Shown here one piece after another: positions 18,783 to 27,487 of a DNA stretch of 64,000 nt. Under the pieces are notes generated by a model, which was not told the origin of the DNA, searched no databases, and was given only the letters and a program-made list of their open reading frames with translations. Made by a program: the position numbers and the translations under genes. Numbering within the stretch: the stretch's first letter is position 1; each line of letters begins with the position of its first letter. Source of the DNA: a virus (lineage: Duplodnaviria > Caudoviricetes); the IMG/VR virus record IMGVR_UViG_3300010399_000008, positions 501 through 64,500 of that record; one strand, written 5' to 3'.

Positions 18783-20005
18783 TTCGTGTTTATCAATACA
18801 AACTGTACCCGAATCAGACTCAGATCAAAGCGATGAGCGGTTGGATGGGAACGTGTTGCTGGCTTTACAATCGCGCCTTAGAGCATCGGATTAAAGCTTG
18901 GAAGCGTCGTGGCGAGTCGGTGAGTCTCTACGACCAATCGAATTTACTCACACAGCAACGCGGTCGCATTGAATCACTGCGGATCATTCCAGTGGAATTC
19001 GAGCGTGACGCGTTACGTCGCGCCGATCGTGGGATGAAGGCATTCTTCCGGCGATGTAAGGCTGGAGAGAAACCGGGATTTCCGAGATTTCGATCCGTTC
19101 GCAGGTACAGTTCGCTCGAATTCCTTGCAGTAGGTGTTTATCTCAATGGAAATCGTATTCGCGTTCCGAAGCTGGGCACTGTTCGTTGTCGCGGACGATT
19201 GTTGCCTGAAGGCACACAAAAAGCCTTGCGCGTAATTCGTCGAGCAAGTGGGTGGTATGCGCAGATCATCTTGGATGACGGCAAGCAGCCACCAATAACG
19301 AAGCCGATTGAATCTGCAATAGGTATCGATGTCGGCCTTACGCACTTTGCAACTTTGAGTACTGGGGACCAGATTGAAAATCCGCGATTTCTGGAAACGT
19401 CGCAGTACAGACTGTCCGCTTTTCACCGGCGAGTTTCTCGACGGATAAAAGGTAGCATCCGCCGACACAAGGCAGTGAATTCACTTCGTCGTCAGCACGA
19501 GCGCATAGCGGATCAACGCAAGTATTTCTGCCACCAACATTCAACGGCATTGGTGCGGCAATTCGATTTGATAGCCGTTGAAAAACTGAATGTGAGCGGC
19601 ATGTCCCGTTCGCGATTCGGAAAGAGCATCTTGGATGCAGCATGGGGAATGTTCTTTGCTCAGCTTGTCGTCAAAGCAGCATACGCTGGGCGGCAAGTTG
19701 TGGCTGTGAATCCGCGTGGCACATCCCAGGAATGCCCTGACTGCGGACGGCTTATGTCGAAGAAGTTATCCGAGCGAACGCACTCCTGTGAGTGTGGCCT
19801 GACATGCCATCGGGACCACGCCAGTGCAAGGGTGATATTAGCTCGCGCCGTGGTGGCAACCGCGGCGACTCGCCCGTGGACGGAACCTGCCTCTGACAGT
19901 GCGCGAGTTGCGCATTGCCAAGTGGGCCGAATGAAGCGGGTAGACAGAAGTAAGTCATTGCCACTGACTGCTTGTGCTCAGTCTGTCGGCGATAGCCCGG
20001 TGTGA
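18779..20005 (+). CDS. tnpB: TnpB-family RNA-guided nuclease (IS200/IS605 OrfB), solo
   Basis: YQYKLYP HTH start, KPGFPRF, RuvC-I IGIDVGL, RuvC-II IAVEKL, Zn ribbon CPDCG/CECG, RuvC-III HRDHAS. Confidence 0.92.
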   Translation: MIRVYQYKLYPNQTQIKAMSGWMGTCCWLYNRALEHRIKAWKRRGESVSLYDQSNLLTQQRGRIESLRIIPVEFERDALRRADRGMKAFFRRCKAGEKPGFPRFRSVRRYSSLEFLAVGVYLNGNRIRVPKLGTVRCRGRLLPEGTQKALRVIRRASGWYAQIILDDGKQPPITKPIESAIGIDVGLTHFATLSTGDQIENPRFLETSQYRLSAFHRRVSRRIKGSIRRHKAVNSLRRQHERIADQRKYFCHQHSTALVRQFDLIAVEKLNVSGMSRSRFGKSILDAAWGMFFAQLVVKAAYAGRQVVAVNPRGTSQECPDCGRLMSKKLSERTHSCECGLTCHRDHASARVILARAVVATAATRPWTEPASDSARVAHCQVGRMKRVDRSKSLPLTACAQSVGDSPV

Positions 20006-20032
20006 CAGTTCAGATCGTCGCACCGGGTTTTG
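19870..20032 (+). ncRNA. Putative TnpB omega-RNA scaffold region
   Basis: CGCCCGTGGA...TGAAGCGGG pairing resembles tnpB 3' scaffolds; followed by nested hairpins and an 11-bp hairpin with TTTT; boundaries uncertain. Confidence 0.45.
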
Positions 20033-20048
20033 AATCAGGAGAAAGTTC

Positions 20049-20183
20049 ATGTCCAAAGGCGTTCGATTGCAAACCGGTGGTAAGCGTATGCACGGCACGT
20101 CTATTCCGGCTGGTGGACGCAAGCCAGGAAAGGGACGACTGCGACGACGGAATTCGATCAGGAGACCGGCTAACACCCGGTAA
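20049..20183 (+). CDS. Small Arg/Gly-rich peptide (44 aa, not in track)
   Basis: AGGAG SD; MSKGVRLQTGGKR...RRPANTR; could instead be non-coding GGA-rich RNA. Confidence 0.35.
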   Translation: MSKGVRLQTGGKRMHGTSIPAGGRKPGKGRLRRRNSIRRPANTR

Positions 20184-20262
20184 GGATGCGTTGGCAAGGA
20201 GTCAACGGAATATGGAGTCGGCCGCCGGCTAGTTCGGAACGACACCGGCGCGGCTCCAGCAA

Positions 20263-20292
20263 TGGAGTACAGACAATTGGAGTACAGACAAT
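20263..20292 (+). repeat. 15-bp tandem repeat duplicating the csrA RBS
   Basis: TGGAGTACAGACAAT twice (20263-20277, 20278-20292). Confidence 0.9.
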
Positions 20293-20641
20293 GTTGTGCC
20301 TTGGAATTGCAGTAGACGAAAAAATCCTCATCGGCGACACGATCACGGTGATGCTCCTCTCCACAAAGACCGGACAGGCGAGACTTGGATTTGATGCACC
20401 GGATCACGTAGCAATCGACCGAGAGGAAGTGCGGCAGAAGATCATTGCCAGTGGTGGAGACCGTCGCGTCCAACGAAAGGACATTCCCTCGTCTCTCGGG
20501 TTCACGAAGAAGACCGCTACGTGGCTTCAGGGTGCGATCCTAGCCGCCAAGGCGACCGGCGATGACAAGCTCCCTGTGTACGAGTCCATGCTGGCAGAAG
20601 CGACTGCAGTGATCGAATCCGAAAGCCTGGAGGCAGCATGA
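20291..20641 (+). CDS. csrA: CsrA/RsmA-like protein with C-terminal extension (divergent)
   Basis: ML.L....E.ILIGD.ITV......QARLGFDAP..V.I.REEV matches the CsrA fold; about 60 extra residues. Confidence 0.8.
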   Translation: MLCLGIAVDEKILIGDTITVMLLSTKTGQARLGFDAPDHVAIDREEVRQKIIASGGDRRVQRKDIPSSLGFTKKTATWLQGAILAAKATGDDKLPVYESMLAEATAVIESESLEAA

Positions 20642-20862
20642 CACCGCAGAACACCACAACATATCGAGGTCGCGATACGGCTGACCTGCTTGGACAAGCC
20701 ATCGCACAGTTGAAGGTTGGGTGCGTTACTGCAATCGCCATGATCCCTAACGATCCCGTGTGGAACGGGACACGGCGCGACTTGCAGAACGAACTCTACC
20801 GATTGAAGGACATCGAGGACCACGTGAAATCGAACGGTGAGTATTTGAGGAGCCAATCGTGA
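20638..20862 (+). CDS. Hypothetical protein
   Basis: 74 aa, GGAGG SD, coupled. Confidence 0.55.
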   Translation: MTPQNTTTYRGRDTADLLGQAIAQLKVGCVTAIAMIPNDPVWNGTRRDLQNELYRLKDIEDHVKSNGEYLRSQS

Positions 20863-22088
20863 CTCGCATCGACGCATACGGAAATGAGATCTATCCCGGT
20901 CAGGTCGGGTATCAGTCGGCTGATCGGCAAGTGAACGAACAGTGGAAGCCAGTTGGGAGGACGGTAATTGTGGACGTTGAACCGAAGCGAGCACAACTAT
21001 TGACGCATTCCCGCCAGGACACATTCAAGACCTGTCGCAAGAAACATTTTTTTTCCTACGAGCTTGGACTGCGGCCAGTCACGGATGCGAAGGCGCTTCG
21101 AATGGGCGCGGCTTATCACGATGCCCTGGAAAACCTCGAGACAGGTGGCACGCTCGATTCGGCTGTGGAACTGGTGCGAACTCTCTACGGCGTAGTTGAT
21201 GCCTACGATCAGACTGAACTCGATTACGAATGCGAAACTGTTCTTCGATTGGTCTGCGGCTATGTATGGCGTTGGGAGTCGTATCGTCTCGAATTCATTG
21301 CCGCCGAATTACCGTTTGAGATTCCCTTGAGGAATCCAGAGACAGGTGGCACGACTCCCAACTTTCTACTTGCTGGCAAGATCGACGGCATTGTGAAGCT
21401 CGACGACGGACGACTCGCAGTCATCGAGCACAAGCTGCTCTCGGAAGATGTCGCCAGCGATTCGCAATTGTGGCGCCGGCTGCGAATGGACCATCAGATT
21501 TCGATGTACGTGCTCGCAGCCAGAAAGCTCGGGTATCCAGTCGATGCGGTCCTTTACAACGTCTCTTGCAAGCCATCGATCAAGCCGACGCTCGTTCCTG
21601 TGCTCGACAGGTTGGGCGCCAAGATCGTGCTCGATAAGTACGGCGACCGGGTGAAGACCGAGAAGGGTTGTTATCGGCAAACAGGCGACACAAACAAAGG
21701 CTACGTCTTACAGACTCGTCCCATGCTGGCCGACGAATGGGGTGAGAAGTTAGCCAACGACATTGTTTCGCAGCCCGACCGCTATTACGCACGCATGGAA
21801 ATCCCGCGCCTCGACCAAGACTTGGAAGAGTACGAGAACGAACTTTGGGATATCCAGCGAACCATTCGTGACGCGCAGCTCAACAACCGTCACTTTCGGA
21901 CCTGCAATAAGAACACATGCGGGTTCTGTTCCTACTTCGATATTTGCTCAGCGGGATTCGATCACAACTCTGTTCCGTCGGGTTTTGTCCGTTTGTCCGA
22001 TGTAAATCCAGAATTAGGGAGAACCAATGTCAACGTCATCGCCCCCGGCACCACCGCCGAAGAAACCACCTACACCGCCCCCTTCTAA
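20859..22088 (+). CDS. PD-(D/E)XK exonuclease (Cas4-like/RecB family) of the recombination module
   Basis: C..K, G...H, E..F, GKIDG, IEHK, Q...Y and C-terminal C..C.....C Fe-S-like cysteines. Confidence 0.85.
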   Translation: MTRIDAYGNEIYPGQVGYQSADRQVNEQWKPVGRTVIVDVEPKRAQLLTHSRQDTFKTCRKKHFFSYELGLRPVTDAKALRMGAAYHDALENLETGGTLDSAVELVRTLYGVVDAYDQTELDYECETVLRLVCGYVWRWESYRLEFIAAELPFEIPLRNPETGGTTPNFLLAGKIDGIVKLDDGRLAVIEHKLLSEDVASDSQLWRRLRMDHQISMYVLAARKLGYPVDAVLYNVSCKPSIKPTLVPVLDRLGAKIVLDKYGDRVKTEKGCYRQTGDTNKGYVLQTRPMLADEWGEKLANDIVSQPDRYYARMEIPRLDQDLEEYENELWDIQRTIRDAQLNNRHFRTCNKNTCGFCSYFDICSAGFDHNSVPSGFVRLSDVNPELGRTNVNVIAPGTTAEETTYTAPF

Positions 22089-22896
22089 AACAACCGCTCA
22101 ACCAACTTCACCTGCACGAGTGCAGCGAACCTTTGAAGTGGTTAGCGGTGTTACCAAAACACATCACAAAGTTGTCATCTATGGACCTGGCGGCGCCGGA
22201 AAAAGCACTCTGTGCTCGCTCATTTCCGAATACGTCGAGAAGGCAGTGTTCATTGATCTTGGCAGCGAAACTGAGTTCTTGGACGTTTCGCGAATTGGTG
22301 ACAAAGACTCACCGATTGAGACCTGGGACGAACTGAGATCAATCCTGCACAACGATTCGATGTGGACCGGTGTTGATGCCATCGTTGTCGACTCACTGAC
22401 CAAAGCCGAAGAACTGGCAATCAATTGGACGCTTCAAAACGTCAAGCACGAGAAAGGGCATTCGGTTTTTGGAATCGAGGAATATGGCTGGGGAAAGGGA
22501 TACGTTCACGTTTACGAAACATTCCTCCAGTTGCTTGGCGACTTAGATGCTCATCAACGTCGCGGCCGTCACATCATCTGCACTGCCCACGACTGCACCG
22601 AAAAGGTTCCAAATCCCGAGGGAGAAGATTGGATCCGTTACGAACCGCGGTTGCAGAACGCAAGCAGGGGAAACATCCGCAGTCGCGTCAAGGAGTGGGC
22701 CGATCATCTTCTCTACGTCGGATTCGATACAGCGGTGAGCAAGGCTGGAAAAGCCACCGGTGCCGGAACTCGCACTATTTATCCAGTCGAGCTGCCAGCT
22801 TGGCTGGCCAAGTCTCGAAGTCTGTCAGAGCCAATCGTGTATCCAAACGGCTCATCTGAATTATGGAAGCAGCTTTTGCAAGGGAGAACCTCATGA
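22027..22896 (+). CDS. AAA_24 (Sak4-like) ATPase/annealase
   Basis: IYGPGGAGKST Walker A, IVVDSLT Walker B, YGWGKGY, AKSR. Confidence 0.85.
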   Translation: MSTSSPPAPPPKKPPTPPPSKTTAQPTSPARVQRTFEVVSGVTKTHHKVVIYGPGGAGKSTLCSLISEYVEKAVFIDLGSETEFLDVSRIGDKDSPIETWDELRSILHNDSMWTGVDAIVVDSLTKAEELAINWTLQNVKHEKGHSVFGIEEYGWGKGYVHVYETFLQLLGDLDAHQRRGRHIICTAHDCTEKVPNPEGEDWIRYEPRLQNASRGNIRSRVKEWADHLLYVGFDTAVSKAGKATGAGTRTIYPVELPAWLAKSRSLSEPIVYPNGSSELWKQLLQGRTS

Positions 22897-23501
22897 CCCA
22901 ACAAATCGATCGCGAAGGAGTGTTCCAAGGGATCATCACGGAGTATGGACTCCGAGAGAAATCCGAAACCGGAACGCTGGCAGTTGCCATCAAAGCTCAG
23001 CTAGATGCAATGTGGAACGGAGAAGGCTGGGATGACTGGAAAGAATTCGAGATGGAAGCCAGCGGCTTTCTCTACATCATTAAAAAGGATGGCCAGCCCA
23101 ATACCGGACAGGTTGAATCCTTGGTGCGACATGCCGGATGGGACGGAGCGTTGAAGTCGTTGATTGACGGAACGTGGCAGCCAACACCCTGTCAGTTCAC
23201 GATCAAGGCGAATGAGTACCAAGGGAAAACTGACTACCGAATTGACTTCATCAACGAGTTGAACCGGGTTCCCGGTCAGATGAGCAACGTGACTGACGAC
23301 AAGCTCAAAGCGCTTGAAGCGAAGTTCGGAGCTCCACTGCGTGCAATCGCTGGCAGTGCCAAGCGTAACGCTGCACCAGCTGCCGATGCAAAGATGCCCA
23401 AGCCGAAGAAAGCGGCTCCAGCACCAACACCTGCAAAGGATGCTTTGGCAAGAGCAATGGGTGCTGATCCGGCAGCGGCGAATGAATCAATCCCGTTTTA
23501 A
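22893..23501 (+). CDS. SSB-like protein (DUF669 type)
   Basis: Follows the Sak4-like gene; Pro/Ala-rich linker and C-terminal ESIPF tail. Confidence 0.7.
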   Translation: MTQQIDREGVFQGIITEYGLREKSETGTLAVAIKAQLDAMWNGEGWDDWKEFEMEASGFLYIIKKDGQPNTGQVESLVRHAGWDGALKSLIDGTWQPTPCQFTIKANEYQGKTDYRIDFINELNRVPGQMSNVTDDKLKALEAKFGAPLRAIAGSAKRNAAPAADAKMPKPKKAAPAPTPAKDALARAMGADPAAANESIPF

Positions 23502-23602
23502 TCCGGCGCGTGCCGGGTTCTCCCTCCGCACTCCGAGCGAGTTGGTCGGAGTGCGGTCTGGGAGAAATTAGGAGCTTGCGGCAAGGACTGGAACGAAGAC
23601 CG

Positions 23603-24190
23603 ATGACACGAAAGAGAAAATCAACCGGCAAGAGGCTGCGATTTTCGATCTTCAAGCGGGATCAATTCACATGTGTTTATTGTGGGAGAACTCCACCAAC
23701 TATTGTGCTGGAATTAGACCACATCGTGCCAGTGTCGCGTGGTGGTTTGACTGAAGAAACAAACCTTGTAACGGCCTGTGTTGATTGCAACGCTGGCAAA
23801 ACTGACAAGTTATTGACGGACGTTCCACGGCCAATCGAAGCAGCATTGACAGAGCAAGTTGAACGACGGGAGCAGCTTGAGGAATACAACCGATACCTTC
23901 TGGCGGCTCGAAAGCGAGAACAGGAATTAGCCCGAGAGATCGGAGTGTATTGGTGCGATTTAATTTATGGAGACTCCGAGGCTGGAAAGTGGATTTGCAG
24001 CAATGCGAGGCTCCGGTCGATCGGCATATTTATTAAGCGATTGCCGGCCACTGATGTCTTTGAAGCAATGGACCGTGCTGTAGGAAAACTGCAGCCATCC
24101 CCAAATCGCGATGAGAACGCTTGGAAGTATTTTTGCGGTATCTGTTGGAAAAACATTCGCAAGCGCGAAGCACCATCGGAGACTGCATAG
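23603..24190 (+). CDS. HNH endonuclease
   Basis: RF.IFKRDQFTCVYCG...LELDHIVPVSRGG....NLVTAC..CN.GK. Confidence 0.9.
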   Translation: MTRKRKSTGKRLRFSIFKRDQFTCVYCGRTPPTIVLELDHIVPVSRGGLTEETNLVTACVDCNAGKTDKLLTDVPRPIEAALTEQVERREQLEEYNRYLLAARKREQELAREIGVYWCDLIYGDSEAGKWICSNARLRSIGIFIKRLPATDVFEAMDRAVGKLQPSPNRDENAWKYFCGICWKNIRKREAPSETA

Positions 24191-24192
24191 TC

Positions 24193-24948
24193 GTGATTGT
24201 CGACCCCGATTTTTGTGACCACTGGAAAACAAGGATGCTTGTCGGCCTCCTTGACGGCGACGAGGCGGCGCCGGTTTACGTGCTTCGTATTTGGTCCCAT
24301 TGTCAGAACAGGCGTCAAGCACAATTCGACCTGTCTGCGGAGGCTCTTAAAGCCCTCTGTCGATTTCCTGGCAACTCCAACAGGTTGGAGGCCTCGTTAA
24401 CGGCTTCGGGTTTTATTCGTCGCGCAGAACGGACGGCTGCGGAGAGCAGTCAACTAATTGTCTGCGGTTGGGAGGATCACAACGCAGCGCTCTTGGCATC
24501 CTGGAACAATGGGCGAAAAGGTAGAGGTAAGTCCAAGACGGACGAACCCACGGGTATGTCCACGGGTCCACCCACGGGTGAGTCTGTGGGTATACCCACT
24601 CCTCTACTCTCCTCTGCTCTTTCGAAAGCGCTTGAAGTAAGTAAATCTTTCAATACGGAAAGAGTTCGAACTGCAATTGGGGAATGGGTAAAGCATTTTG
24701 AGAATCGCGTTGGAAGGAAATATACCGCAACGAAACTCAACAGCGACCTAATGGAAGCAACTCGCAAGGGTTGGACCGAAGAACAAGTTTTCACATCGAT
24801 TCACTTTTCGATTTCCAAGGATGGAAAGTCTTGGTGTGACCCAGAAAACGATTTTGAAAAACAGGCGAAGGATAAAGCAAATGGAAAATCAAAAGCAGGT
24901 CCAGGTCAGATCCACAACCCAGCAGCCAAGCGTGTCAATGACTTCTGA
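24193..24948 (+). CDS. Putative replication initiator
   Basis: VDPDF.DHWKT N-terminus, internal iteron-like repeats, upstream of a DnaC-like gene. Confidence 0.65.
   Translation: MIVDPDFCDHWKTRMLVGLLDGDEAAPVYVLRIWSHCQNRRQAQFDLSAEALKALCRFPGNSNRLEASLTASGFIRRAERTAAESSQLIVCGWEDHNAALLASWNNGRKGRGKSKTDEPTGMSTGPPTGESVGIPTPLLSSALSKALEVSKSFNTERVRTAIGEWVKHFENRVGRKYTATKLNSDLMEATRKGWTEEQVFTSIHFSISKDGKSWCDPENDFEKQAKDKANGKSKAGPGQIHNPAAKRVNDF
24548..24599. repeat. Iteron-like repeats (candidate origin)
   Basis: CCACGGGT at 24548, 24560, 24572 (12-bp period), then palindrome GTGGGTATACCCAC (24586-24599). Confidence 0.6.
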
Positions 24949-25732
24949 CAAACAAGAAATGGCTGAACTGCAAAGGCTGGTTGAGCAGCGTCGAAAGGAA
25001 TCAGGAGTTGTGGTAAACGATCCAAAACCAGTTGCACCACGTTCGCTCCCACCGCAATTGTCTGCCGAAGAACTTGAGCGTCGAGAACAGCGTGAGCAGC
25101 ACCGGCGCCGCCAGGAAATCGAGAACGAGAAATTCAGCCGGTGGAAATCTCTTGTATCCGACCGCGGAAGCCGTTACGCGGATTGCATGATCGAAACATT
25201 CGACGCCACGACGACGGCACAAAAAAACGCGGTTGAACTTGTCAGGGAGTATTGTGCGGAGATCAGCGACAACGTGCGTGAAGGTCGCGGGGTCGTTTTG
25301 TTTGGACCTCGTGGAACCGGCAAGGATCATCTGGCGATGGCGATTTGCCGTGTGCTGATCCGCTCTGACTTCAAAGTCAAGTGGCAGAACGGAATGGATC
25401 TATTCGGCGACATTCGGGACTTGATGGATGACGATGGCGCGGTTTCGGAACGGGCATTTGTAGAGCGGATGGCGCGACCGGACGTCCTCTACTTGAGCGA
25501 TCCACTACCGCCGATCGGGAATCTAACGCAGTTTCAAGCGGCGATGTTGTTTCGGATTTTGGACAAGCGATACAGCGCCGTAAAGCCCGTGATTTGCACC
25601 GTCAACGTTGGCAGTCGCGAGGAACTTGATGGACGGATTGGCGCGCAGAACAGCGATCGGCTGCGTCACAACGCACTTGCAATTGCTTGTGACTGGGAGA
25701 GCTATCGGCAAGCCGCAAAGAAAGCTAACTGA
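24938..25732 (+). CDS. DnaC/IstB-like helicase-loader ATPase
   Basis: GPRGTGKDHLA Walker A, VLYLSD Walker B, ILDKRY, DRL; start may be 24881. Confidence 0.85.
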   Translation: MTSDKQEMAELQRLVEQRRKESGVVVNDPKPVAPRSLPPQLSAEELERREQREQHRRRQEIENEKFSRWKSLVSDRGSRYADCMIETFDATTTAQKNAVELVREYCAEISDNVREGRGVVLFGPRGTGKDHLAMAICRVLIRSDFKVKWQNGMDLFGDIRDLMDDDGAVSERAFVERMARPDVLYLSDPLPPIGNLTQFQAAMLFRILDKRYSAVKPVICTVNVGSREELDGRIGAQNSDRLRHNALAIACDWESYRQAAKKAN

Positions 25733-25733
25733 C

Positions 25734-25997
25734 ATGGACCTGCATTCCGACATCTTGGAAGTCATCGCATCATCCCGTTTTCCAATGTCCACAGACGACA
25801 TCTGGCAGGACGTGCGAATCTGGCCTCTGTCGCGCGGCGAGAAGATGCGAGTCGTGTCGGTCGAGGAAGTGACGATTGATCTGTCGAGCTTGGTTCACGA
25901 TGGCGAGGTGGAGTCAGTGAGCATCGTCGGCGAACAGCGGTACAGGATTCCGCGCGTTGTGAAGCACGAAGAAAAGCAAATGGAGTTGTTTCGATGA
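25734..25997 (+). CDS. Hypothetical (winged-helix-like) protein
   Basis: 87 aa, ends QMELF; coupled to rusA. Confidence 0.5.
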   Translation: MDLHSDILEVIASSRFPMSTDDIWQDVRIWPLSRGEKMRVVSVEEVTIDLSSLVHDGEVESVSIVGEQRYRIPRVVKHEEKQMELFR

Positions 25998-26458
25998 ACT
26001 TGCTATCCGAACAAGAAACCGCAATAGCCTTCACTGTCTACGGTAAGCCGGCGCAGCAAGGCAGCAAGTCGGCAATGGTCCGTAACGGTCGAGCGATCAT
26101 GTTCGAGGCGAATGCAAAATCGAAAGCGGAGTGGCGTCAGTCGGTTGTGATGGCTGGTCAGGCTGCAATGAAAGACGGCGGACACTTGAGACTTGCCGGA
26201 CCGGTCGAGTTACGTGTCACGTTTTTCTTTCGTCGTCCGCAATCGCATTACGGCAGCGGAAAGAAAGCGGCGGTACTGAAATCATCGTCCCCGCAGCAGC
26301 ACGTTCAAACACCGGACTTAGACAAGCTCGTGCGCAACATCGGAGACTCGTTGACGGGGGTTGTGGTCAACGACGACCGGCAGATTTATTCGCTCATCGC
26401 ACGGCGCGAATGGACTGAGGATTCGGAGCGAGCGGAGATTCTAGTTCGAGAGGTTTAG
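25994..26458 (+). CDS. rusA: RusA-family Holliday junction resolvase
   Basis: G.PAQQGSK, F.F.RP.SHY, PDLDKL.R...DSLTG....DDRQI. Confidence 0.9.
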   Translation: MNLLSEQETAIAFTVYGKPAQQGSKSAMVRNGRAIMFEANAKSKAEWRQSVVMAGQAAMKDGGHLRLAGPVELRVTFFFRRPQSHYGSGKKAAVLKSSSPQQHVQTPDLDKLVRNIGDSLTGVVVNDDRQIYSLIARREWTEDSERAEILVREV

Positions 26459-26560
26459 AGGGAACGGTATTACGGCATAGAGGACCGCAACCATGACAAC
26501 GCAGGCAGGAATTATGAACCGTGAGTTACCCAACGTTATCGGAGTACTTCGAACAGACGT

Positions 26561-26743
26561 TCAATGCTTCAGTCGTCTAGCCGCTTTCAGGATCAGATCG
26601 CGAATCCATGTACGCAATCCAGGGCCAACCTTTGCCTGTAATTCCGCGAGTTCAGCATGTGTCAGTTTGATTGTTATCGTCGCCGACTGCTTGTCCTCGG
26701 CGCTTTTCGGAGGTCGTCCGCGTTTTCTGGTGTTTTTGTTCAT
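26561..26743 (-). CDS. Small RHH-like regulator with RGRP motif, probably leaderless
   Basis: KRGRPPK..., I.IKLT.AE, W.RD; minus-strand TTCCCA-17-TACACT places +1 on the ATG. Confidence 0.65.
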   Translation of the reverse strand: MNKNTRKRGRPPKSAEDKQSATITIKLTHAELAELQAKVGPGLRTWIRDLILKAARRLKH

Positions 26744-26749
26744 GTCGTA

Positions 26750-26843
26750 AGTGTATATCGGCTAGTGCGTTCTGGGAACCCCCAAAAATACTTTGCAAAA
26801 TAAGCCGTAAGGGTATTTACGGGAACTCCCGAAAATGTACAAT
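26750..26843. promoter_or_regulatory. Divergent promoters with paired operator repeats
   Basis: GGGAACCCCCAAAAAT (26774-26789) and GGGAACTCCCGAAAAT (26821-26836) overlap the -35 regions; rightward TTTACG-16-TACAAT. Confidence 0.6.
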
Positions 26844-26890
26844 GCGGGTACGAAGGACGAAACGAAACCTGACTCGAAAGGACGAAACAA

Positions 26891-27190
26891 ATGACTATCG
26901 CCACCATGAACATTGACAATCTTGGAACTCTTGCTGCCAACGTTGCCATGCGAGCGGCCGCTGAATATGTCCGGGCCAATAACTTGAAGGTGCTTGATTA
27001 CGATGCCGCTACGGAATGCCTTCTGTCTTACTGCAAATCATGGATCACGATTGCACTGCGAGACGCCAAGGAAGCGATTGACTGCGGCATGATGCAAGTT
27101 GCCGAGACAACATTCAAAGCGACGATGGCTCAAGCTGGAATCGAAGCAGCGAAGGAATTTGCGTGGCCAGCCGACTACCAGCCGGCGTAG
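26891..27190 (+). CDS. Hypothetical protein
   Basis: 99 aa, AAGGA SD, downstream of the divergent promoter. Confidence 0.6.
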   Translation: MTIATMNIDNLGTLAANVAMRAAAEYVRANNLKVLDYDAATECLLSYCKSWITIALRDAKEAIDCGMMQVAETTFKATMAQAGIEAAKEFAWPADYQPA

Positions 27191-27310
27191 TCGAGGTGTC
27201 CACGAAGTGAGGCGATGGGGCCGCGCTGCCATACGCGGCTTAAATGAGCGGAGTGGGGCGACGCCCATCGTTTCGCGTTATTTGAAATTTCAAACACAGT
27301 GAGGTGAGCA

Positions 27311-27487
27311 ATGTTAGTCCTGTCGAGAAAAGAGGGTGAGCGACTTTATGTTGGCGACGACATCGTCATATACGTAAACGAAGCTCGGAACGGAATTGCA
27401 AGACTTGGAATCGAAGCGCCCAAGAGCGTCAAGATCCGTCGCGACGAACACTATCAAAACGACAAACGCATGGAGGCGAAACAATGA
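27311..27487 (+). CDS. csrA: CsrA/RsmA-like protein (58 aa, missed by ORF track)
   Basis: MLVLSRKEGERLYVGDDIVIYVNEARNGIARLGIEAPKSVKIRRDE; GAGGTGA SD; ATGA overlap with the next gene. Confidence 0.88.
   Translation: MLVLSRKEGERLYVGDDIVIYVNEARNGIARLGIEAPKSVKIRRDEHYQNDKRMEAKQ

Noticed and set aside
20050-20070. Self-targeting TnpB guide after AGTTCAT
   Set aside because: I found only chance-level matches of about 9 nt (e.g. near 28557), and the guide boundary is unproven
20859-22088. CRISPR-associated Cas4 or a CRISPR system
   Set aside because: No cas1/cas2 or array seen; it sits in a standard nuclease-Sak4-SSB recombination module
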